The translations under genes were made by a program, and so were the position numbers. Under the pieces are notes generated by a model, which was given only the letters and a program-made list of their open reading frames with translations, was not told the DNA's origin and searched no databases. Source: Saprolegnia diclina VS20 (lineage: Eukaryota). Taken from it: a stretch of DNA of 64,000 bases. Where the stretch lies: NCBI RefSeq assembly GCF_000281045.1, contig NW_008246075.1, positions 715,344 to 779,343 of the forward strand, read 5' to 3'. Numbering within the stretch: the stretch's first letter is position 1; the number at the start of each line of letters is the position of its first letter. This document shows positions 55,724 to 64,000 of the stretch, in pieces.

Positions 55724-58520
55724 ATGAGTCTGCAGCTGAGCCACGCGGAGCTCTTCAAGGTCGCGCCGATCTCGAGCCGCCAGTCGCTGAAGCTTCTGCC
55801 CTTCAGCCTCAAGAAGAAGAAGGTACATGCGGCCGCACGCAACTATTCTCAGCGTCGTCGTCGCCATTAGCAAAAACTGGTCGTTGGCGATGACTCGGGC
55901 GTCGTGTCGTCGTTCCAGATGAAGAAGGGCGATCCTGTCGTACGTACCATGGAAGGCGACCGTCGCTCAGCGCTGCGTAGGCCATCTACAAGTCGGTGCC
56001 GCAGACCAACGCGATCACGTCCATCAATTTGGGCTTGTACAAGGGCACGACCGACAAGGCGTATGTCTCGAGCGGCCAGCAAGTCTTGGGCTACACGAAG
56101 AAAGGCAAGGAGTTCTTCAAGTTCCAGTCCAATCTCTCCGAGACTATCAACCGCGTCTTCACGTACGACACGCACCTCTGGACAGGTCGTCGCCGCCGTT
56201 GCTCGCAGCATGAACTCACACGGTTGTAGCAACCGACTACATTTACAACCAGTTTGAGAACGGCCAGGACAAGCACTTTTACATGTGCCAAGACCGCATC
56301 AACGACATGCTGCTTCTCCACGAGAACGACGAGCTCGTGCCCGTCCTCGCGTGCCAAGACAAGTACATTCGCTTCATCCAGGTGCCATGCTCGATATCCC
56401 GATGCGTTCCAACCTGGTGAACCGTAGGGCAGCGAACCGCTCGCGAAAAAGTCAGTCCCAGGCGCATGCACGACGCTGACCAAGCACACTTTGAAGAAGG
56501 CGCCGAGTCAGATCTTGTATGGCAGCGCCAACGGCGCGTTTGGCGCTGTCCAGTGGAACAACCAAAAGGTCAAGACGATCTGGAAGACGGATGGCGGCGC
56601 GCTCGGCGACAGCAACGCGCATGGCCCGGCGGCCATCACCGCGCTTGCGTCGTTTGACATCAACAAGGACGATTCGAACGAGATCATTGTACGCTTTCTC
56701 TTCCTAGTGTCATTTTAGCTGCAATAAACAATATTGTCTAGGTCGGTCGGGACGACGGGCGTATCGAAGTCTACTCGGTCGACGCGTCCGGCGGCATCAC
56801 CAAAGAGTTTGAGAGCGTCGAGCAAGAGAGTGTCCGGGCGTTTCAAACCGGCGTGCTCTCCACACCTGTATGCCCGCTCATTTCTGAGTGCCGAGTTGTG
56901 ATGGCGGGTCGTAGGGCTTTGACGAAATCGTGTTTTGCACATACTCGGGCCGCGTGCTCTCGCTCACGTCCGAGCCGTTGGACCAGCCCGTACGTTGTTG
57001 CGGCAGGAACAGGTCGAGTAGAAAGGAGGTGCTCTAGGACACGGACGATGTGTACGGTCGGTCGCGCGGGACGGTTCAGCGCGAAACGCGCATCGTCAAG
57101 CTGCGCAAGGAGATCGCCCAGCTCGAAGAAAAGGTCCGTCTCTTTCGCGTCCATATTGTCTTGACAATCCTGTGTAGGTGACGAAAGAACGCGACCGCAT
57201 GGCGCGCAAGAGCGCGAGCGAGAAGGAAGCGTGTCTGCCGGTCGTGGAGGAAGTGCCCGTCAACTGCAAGTGCGCGCTCAACGTCGCCGAACAAACCTAC
57301 GATCTCTCGGTACCGCATCGACATATCCAAAAGTATCAATGTATCAATGAATCAATGTAGGTGGAAATCCCGGTCCCGATCGCCACGGTCGTGCTGCACT
57401 CGAGCGTGCCCCTCGACTTGCTCGATACAGTCAACAACCAAGCGATTCTGTGTCGGTCGCCGCCCGATGTATCGACCAACTCGCACGTGTTGGCGACGTA
57501 CCGCTGCCAAGAGTTTACGAACCGGCTCGAGTTTCGCGTGCGCACGCTTGAAGGCCAATACGGCGAGATCGAGGTACTTGCTAGTCAACAGATACAAGGT
57601 TGATCAATGGATATCTGGTAGCTCACGGTGCTCGCGGACACGGTGCCCCGGTGTGCCCAAGTCGTCAAGCAGTTTATCAAACCGCTCTCGCTGCACCACC
57701 GCATCAACATTGTCGAGTCAACCGAGTTGGACGAGGCGACGATGAACTCGCTGCATTTGACTGGCGACTTTTCGCTGCTTCAAGTCCACGAGTGGGTGAG
57801 CTACTGCCTCCCCGAAGTGCCCTTGCGCCTCCAGGACGACGACATCAAAATGTACTTCCGCAACACCTTCTTTGGCAACGTGCTCGTGTGCGAATACCGG
57901 TACCAAATGGTTTCGAACACTTTGTTATGACTTTTTGGTTTAGCAAGGGCGACGCGCAATTTTCGTCCGCGTCCATCTCGACGATTGCGATTCTCAAGGA
58001 AGTCATCACAAAGGAGGCGACGACGCGCAAGATCGGCCTCGACATTAGCTTCGACATCAAGCCGTCCTCGATTCCCTTCCTCCTCAACCTTCTGCGCCCG
58101 AAACTCGACTGGAAGCAAATGATTGCGTCCCAAGTCAAAATCCTCGATGGTATCAAGGTATCAACTTGATACTTTTGGAAAAAGCCAACCATGGGGCAGG
58201 AACTGCAAATGCACGAAGCCGACCATACGCTGTGGATGTCGCCCGAGTACCAAAGCGTGCTCAAGGACGCCGACACGATCCTCGACGAGTTCAAAGCCCG
58301 ACCCCGTGCGCTCAACTACCTCGCCGGCGTTCTCACGGACCTCTACGTCGACGTGTGCAAGTTCCGCGGTGTCAACGTACGTCCGGATAGTAGTTTGGTC
58401 CTATCCAATGATCCAACGATTCACCGTATGTAGCCCAAGCCGCAGATCCCGCAGCTCTACCTGCTCCTGGACCAGTACAGCTTTGATGCCCTCGTCGCGT
58501 TCTTCATGCAGCACCATTGA
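55724..58520 (+). CDS. BBS7: Bardet-Biedl syndrome 7 protein (BBSome), multi-exon
   Basis: SLKLLP..QKLVVGDDSGVV, GYTKKGKEFF, VLACQDK, IIVGRDDGRIEVY, LATYRCQ..RLEFRVRTLEGQYG, IKPLSLHHR, GDFSLLQVHEWVSYCLPEVP, TDLYVD. Confidence 0.95.
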
Positions 58521-58553
58521 GCCGCGATCGACCACGTCTTCGTCCGCTAGTTG

Positions 58554-58570
58554 ATATATATATATATATA
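58554..58570. repeat. (AT)n microsatellite
   Basis: atatatatatatatata between convergent genes. Confidence 0.8.
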
Positions 58571-58645
58571 CTTAACGACAAATGCGTGGGGTTGGGTGTA
58601 GTCAAAAAGTAGTAGAATTAGTAGTAGTTTCGTCGGCCAACCGGC

Positions 58646-60058
58646 TCAGCCCACCATGAGCAAAATCACCTTGTAGATGGCCGTCGTCGAGCAGTAGACA
58701 AAGAGCGAGCCGGAAATGACGAGGAGAATCCACGCGCCGCGCTTGCGCCAGTCCGAGTTGGGCTTCTCCGACCGGATGCGAATGTAGCAGACGCTCGGCA
58801 GAACGTACGAGATGAGGATGCCGACGGTCGAGCCCATGATGTTCCACACTACCGCGACGCCGGGCAGCGAAAACGCGAGGTAAAAGGCCATCGCGACCAA
58901 GACGAGCGTCATCGTGACATGTGGGATGAGCGGGATCGGCTTCTCGGTCGTGTCGTCGGCCGGAGTCGCGAGCAGCGGCTGGTTCTCGTTGTGCTCGGCG
59001 CGCTCGACCGACTCGCGCGCGACCTGGATGAGGCGGTACAGCGTTCGGCGGCAGGGCAGGATGAGCAAAGGCAGCGAAAAGCAGATGGTCGTCAGAATCC
59101 CGCACCGGCCGACGTTCATGACCACGTCGTCTTGGTCAAAGTTGTTGAGGATGTCGCCTTGGACGCCACCGACTTGCTCGTACGCGTAAATGTACCCGAG
59201 CGTGCCAATGACCATGTAGAAGAACGACGTCGAGAAGACGGTCGTGACCACGACGCGCTTCAGACGGCGGCGCGTCGGCTTGTGAAGCTCGCCGTAGACG
59301 GGCAGCACGTTAAAGTGGCAGAGGAACGACGAAATGACGATCGGGAGCGCGTACATGGGGTCCTCGACGTTGTCGGCCGCGTACTTGAGCGTCGACGCGT
59401 CAAAGGACGGCGAGTTGATCTTCTCGATCGAGCGGTAAAAGATGCCAATCGCAAAGACACCGACGGTGCAGAGGCCAAGGATCGACGTGTACCGGAGCGA
59501 GTTCATGCTCTGGAGGAAGAGAAGCGGCGAGACGAGCCCAATGAGGCACATGGCGACAAGGTTTTCGTCGTGGACCGAGAGCGCGCGGCCAAAGATGAAC
59601 TGGGACGCGAGCGACCCGGCAATGTCCCGCACGAGAATCACGTACCCGACAAACGCGAGGAAGATGAGGAGGATGAGCAGCACCATCGTAAAGACCTGCA
59701 TGCGCTTCCCAAACGCGTTCTTGGCAATCTCTTCGTACGACTGCGCGCCCGACCGGCGCGAGCAGCTCACGAGGATGTACGACGTGAAGGAAGAGCCCAT
59801 CGCGCAGAAGAACATCATGATGCAGCCGAGGACGATGCCGGAGCGCGCGATCGTGTACGGCAGCAAGAGCACGCCGCCGCCAATCAAGGTCGTGACGAGG
59901 TTCATGATGGAGCTCTTCGCGGTCGCTCGGCGCGCGGCCGAGTGCGGCGACGGGTAGAAGAACTCGTAGCTCTTCTTCTCGGCCTCGTACTGGAAGAGGT
60001 TGGGGCTCTTCAGGGACATGGCCCCTGGCGTCAGGTGCACGTTGCTGCTGCTGGTCAT
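58646..60058 (-). CDS. amino acid transporter (AAAP / SLC38-like)
   Basis: NLVTTLIGGGVLLLPY, SYEEIAKNAFG, SLRYTS, SFLCHFNVLPVYGEL, GDILNNF, GSTVGILISYVLP; many TM segments; intronless. Confidence 0.93.
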   Translation of the reverse strand: MTSSSNVHLTPGAMSLKSPNLFQYEAEKKSYEFFYPSPHSAARRATAKSSIMNLVTTLIGGGVLLLPYTIARSGIVLGCIMMFFCAMGSSFTSYILVSCSRRSGAQSYEEIAKNAFGKRMQVFTMVLLILLIFLAFVGYVILVRDIAGSLASQFIFGRALSVHDENLVAMCLIGLVSPLLFLQSMNSLRYTSILGLCTVGVFAIGIFYRSIEKINSPSFDASTLKYAADNVEDPMYALPIVISSFLCHFNVLPVYGELHKPTRRRLKRVVVTTVFSTSFFYMVIGTLGYIYAYEQVGGVQGDILNNFDQDDVVMNVGRCGILTTICFSLPLLILPCRRTLYRLIQVARESVERAEHNENQPLLATPADDTTEKPIPLIPHVTMTLVLVAMAFYLAFSLPGVAVVWNIMGSTVGILISYVLPSVCYIRIRSEKPNSDWRKRGAWILLVISGSLFVYCSTTAIYKVILLMVG

Positions 60059-61393
60059 CGACGGAGCTAAAGGCAAAATGACCACCTCAACTGCAAACTC
60101 AGTTCGTAGTGGAATATAATAAAATGATTCGTACCGCAAGTTCAACACCTTAAGCTTTGCCTTGGTGTTTGTATGCAAGTGCCATCTGGACGCGCTGCCA
60201 CAAGGATAAAAATGTGGCTTTCGACAAAAGATTTTATTTGCCGGGCAGATGGCGCCGCTATCCGGATGGCCGCGGTATCTTGGCGCCTTGCCGCGCTGCT
60301 GACCCCACGCTCGACCCTGCCAGGGCAGGCCGTACGCTCACGACACGAGTAAGAAGAGACACAAAGCACTCGATCGTACGAGTACTGTGTTGCGCAACGC
60401 GGCCTGTATTTATAGAAGTAATGGCGGCGCTGTACCTTTGGTGGCGGGACATGTCCAGCGATGTGTAACTCCGACCGACGCCATGACGCCCCGTGTCAAT
60501 CCCCATGTCAATTGCTCGCGCCGAGGAGGATGTGCCGGACGCTCTGAGCTTGTGGCCGGCACCGTTGGGTGAAAGAACTTGACGTGGCAGGGCGCTGGGC
60601 GATGACTTGCAGCGTATCCGGACAAAAACGCTTGGAGTTTGCGCAATAAGATGTTGACCCGAACGTCGATTTGGCCATCCGTGTATCAACGCGCCGGCCA
60701 AGGCGACCGACGATTGCAATGGTGATGTCGACAGAGTGGGAGCGTCGCCAGGGATTCCAAGGATGCGCGAGATTCCGCGGCAATGTCGCGGCCCGCAGCG
60801 TCGTCTCTAGTCGGCGGCTGGCGACCGTGCGACACCAGCGCAGAGATGCGATTGTGTCTTGGACTGCGACACACAGCCTCTTGGTGCCGCCCGCAGCTGC
60901 GAAAGCAAAATAGAGTGCAGTCGCTCGGCCCACGATCGTCAGGGACGCCAGCGCTGGCGCCATCGACGTACACTATTTGCCGACGGCAACCTGGCGTCAA
61001 CATGGACGGCCCACGACGGAACGTGGGAAAGGCGTCAACACGCGTGTCAAAGCGACGGTCTGCACATGCAGCTTCCACGCGCCTGCACACCCTTGGAGGG
61101 ACTGGCGCAGAGACCAGCGCGACGTTCCCCTGTTTATCGTCACCGACCATTTTAACACTACTACCCGCTCACAGTACTTGTAGTGTGTTTGCGTGCCTGA
61201 GATCTTTCGTTTCGACCAATCCAATAGCGTCCAGTACGAATTATACTCTATTTCAACCAATGGCATCGATTTATAAAACGAGCCCAGGATTGGACAAAAA
61301 GACGATCTGCGAGCGACACGATTGGCTGCGGGCCTTAAATTCGACGCATCTCGCGCTGCGTCAATCCACCCGTTCCTAGAAAAGACGACGACG

Positions 61394-62028
61394 ATGCTCG
61401 CGCCGCAACAAGAAGTCGAAGTCGACGTACGATGATTGCGATCCTCTGGCGCATGGGCTCATGGGCGCATGCGGGGTAGGTCCGCAAGGAAGACCAGGAC
61501 CGCATCAACGAATTTGGCCGCAACAACTCGCGCTTGGCCGACGTCCGCGACGAGGTCAAGGCGCTCAAGGTGCGATCCTGCTGCACCGTACCGTGCAACT
61601 TAGACTCGCCGCCATATAGGACAAGCTCGAGACGCTCGACGATGCCAACACGGAAATCATGATGGGCGAAGGCGACAATGTCCAGTATGGCAATCACACG
61701 TCGCATTGAACGTCGGGCTCATCGCTGCTTGTGTAGGCTCTTCATCGGCGAAAGCTTTGTGCAGGTCTCGGAAGAGTACGCCCAAGAGTACCTCGAAGCC
61801 CAGACGGAGGTATCGGTCGATGGCTCCACGCATGACGTACCATGATGACGTAGAAAACCCAAGCCAAGGTGGAGAAGCTGCAGGCCGAAGAGGCGTCGTT
61901 GGAGGCCCGCCAGGCGGTGAGTCCGCTCTGTGGTACCGATGCACTCATTCGCATATTGCGATCTCTAGGCGCTCAAGAAGGTCCTCTACGCCCGCTTTGG
62001 CACGAGCATCAACTTGGAAGACAAGTAA
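61394..62028 (+). CDS. PFDN4: prefoldin subunit 4, 6 exons
   Basis: EVD|VRKEDQDRINEFGRNN..|LFIGESFV..|LKKVLYARFGTSINLED. Confidence 0.93.
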
Positions 62029-62082
62029 TTTTGCCACACGAAGCGTTCAACATGCGACTGTGCTGTGTATTCCTTTGCAGTA

Positions 62083-63481
62083 TCAATGGTCGTGGGACTT
62101 GGCTTCGGCCTGCGCGCCGAGCTCCTTGGAGCGGTCGTAAGCCGCCCAAATCGAGTCGGCAATCACAGCGCGGAACCCATTCTTCTCCGCACGGTACATG
62201 GCGGCGGCGGTCGTGCCACCTACGTACAATCGTGGTTCATCGAGACATTCGTCGTCTCAGCCAAATCGGACCGGGACTCGTAATGTTGTTGCGAAGCACG
62301 ACTGGGTGCAAGCCTGACGACTGCATGTACAGCGCCGACCCGAGCATCGTCTGCTGCACCAGTTTCTAGGACGTGGTTGAGCATCTTCGCAGATCTTAGT
62401 GCGAAGCGACTACCTGCGCAACCGTGCGGCTAAAGCCCATGTGGACACCGGCGTCGATCATGGCTTCGGCGACAAGGAAAAAATAGGCTACGAGCGTTCA
62501 CGAGTGGTGGCGTGCGCGTAGCCATGCATGTTGTACCTGGACCCGAGCCCGAGAGCGCCGTGGCCATATCGAGGTTCTTCTCGTCCGCGACAAACACTTG
62601 CTTGCCAAACGCGCCGAGGATTTTCTTTGTCTACATGCACGCAACTTACAGTCACCGAGCCGGGAGCACGCAATGTGTATACGAGATCATGCTGGACGTC
62701 GCTGACGTTGGATGACTGCGTCCAGACCGTGATGCCTTCGCCAATCATGGCAGGCGTGTTGGGCATCGACCGCACAATGCACGTGTCGGGGCCGAGCTCC
62801 TTCTTGTACGCTAGTCGTCCGTGGTGAGACCAGTATGGAACAGCCAGGGTAGTACCATCGATCGTGACGCCGGCCACGATCGAGATGACGAGCGCATTTG
62901 GGTCGAGATACTTTTTCAAATCCTCAAAGACCTACAGACGTAGAATAAGTTCCTAGTCGAGCGTTGGCGGTTTACCGCTTGCTTGAGCACTTGGGGTTTG
63001 ACGGCGACGATCACCACGTCGGCGCCGACGAGCGCCTTCTTGTTCTTATCGACGGTCTCGACGTGCATTTGGTCAAACTTGTCGCGTGTTTCTAGTCATC
63101 ATGCCGTCGTCTTAGCCATGGCGGTGGAGCTGGGATTCGAGTACCCGGGCTCGGCGCCGAGACGAGGACCTGGCTCGGCGGCAAGAGCTCCTGTGTCATC
63201 ATGCCCGTAATGATGGCCTCGGCCATGTTGCCGCCACCGATAAACGCGACGCGGTTCACGTTGAGCGTCGGGTTCGGGCCCATGTTCTCGTCTTCGTCGT
63301 CTTCGTCGGCACGCGTGCGCTTGGCCGACTTGGTGTACATGGGCGCGTACTTCTCTAGCACGGCCGAGTGCGACCGGTACCGGACCAGAGGCGTGGCCGG
63401 CGTCTCGAAGAGCGACGAGGCAAAGGCAGCGCGGACGACGCGGGACCGGCGGCGGAGGGTGGCAGTCGCGACGCGGAGCAT
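62083..63481 (-). CDS. proC: pyrroline-5-carboxylate reductase with transit-peptide-like N-terminus, spliced
   Basis: VAFIGGGNMAEAI, VIVAVKPQ, ISIVAG, VRSMPNTP, ALSGSGP, ITSPGGTT. Confidence 0.95.
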
Positions 63482-64000
63482 GGCGATTCTGTGGTTGGAA
63501 GCAGGATATTTTCGAAATACTTCAACTGCGACGGGTGCACGTCTATTACAATAGCTTGAATTGAGTATGCAGATCCAGCCACCTGCTGCTGGGTTCACCA
63601 TATGGTGGCACCACCAGCACCACCACAAGATAAATCGACACTATGGCAACCGGATTCGGATGATTTGTGTCGTCGCAATTCTGCGATCCTGACGCATTTT
63701 AGGCAAAGGCCGGTGCTAGGGTCTCAAGGCAGCGTTGGAAGCATGATAGTATCGTAGGATTCTAGGTGAATACTATATTACTAAAATACGCACAAGAGAA
63801 ACGTGGCGAGATGGTCCTTGCGTGAACGTGTCGCCATCGCAAGGTCTTTGTCTGCCATCGATTGCTTTCTAATGCTTTTGAGCAATAAATAGCAAGCATT
63901 TATAAAGCCTGTTTGTATCCGGAATGCTCTCGAAGCGCCGGATACAGCGATGATGTAATGTGATTGGTGGATATTCCGACAAGTATTGCGAGCGATGAGC

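Noticed and set aside
57333..57358. Triple 8-bp (t/a)atcaatg repeat
   Set aside because: Simple slippage repeat inside a BBS7 intron
58919..60070. 383-aa plus-strand ORF, and similar long ORFs at 12537-13658, 21096-22178 and 10349-11197
   Set aside because: Antisense to well-supported genes; expected with high GC at third codon positions
60142..61380. Several short ORFs between the transporter and PFDN4
   Set aside because: No coding bias, domain or plausible splice model; treated as a divergent promoter region

Overview
Gene-dense eukaryotic genomic DNA. High-GC coding sequence, many short (about 45-55 nt) GT-AG introns, INR/FPR-like and CCAAT promoter motifs and the gene content point to a zoospore-forming oomycete, probably Saprolegniales (inference). 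About 32 protein-coding genes can be built by hand. Well-supported ones include DCTN5, two tandem GNPTAB-like Stealth phosphotransferases, a short RNase Z, MPST, VPS51, peptide deformylase, PDX1, an ERGIC/thioredoxin PDI, BBS7, PFDN4, P5CR and two transporters. Likely ciliary genes are a SHIPPO-repeat protein, a Chibby-like protein and an SCLT1-like protein. I found no tRNA, rRNA, CRISPR array or autonomous transposon. The most unusual observations are: (1) a multi-pass membrane protein built from WQPFxGG repeats and fused to an F-box and a RING-CH-like domain, convergent with a BAR-like/F-box-like/TBC gene; (2) two unassigned paralogs that share all four intron positions; (3) a 30-bp hAT-like micro-element with 8-bp target-site duplications; (4) two recurrent non-coding motifs, TATCCGGATA and GCCACGTCA; (5) an intronless deformylase with a non-canonical motif 2 and no transit peptide. 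Spliced genes are given as start-to-stop spans. Exon joins were inferred by eye, and family calls come from remembered motifs rather than database searches.
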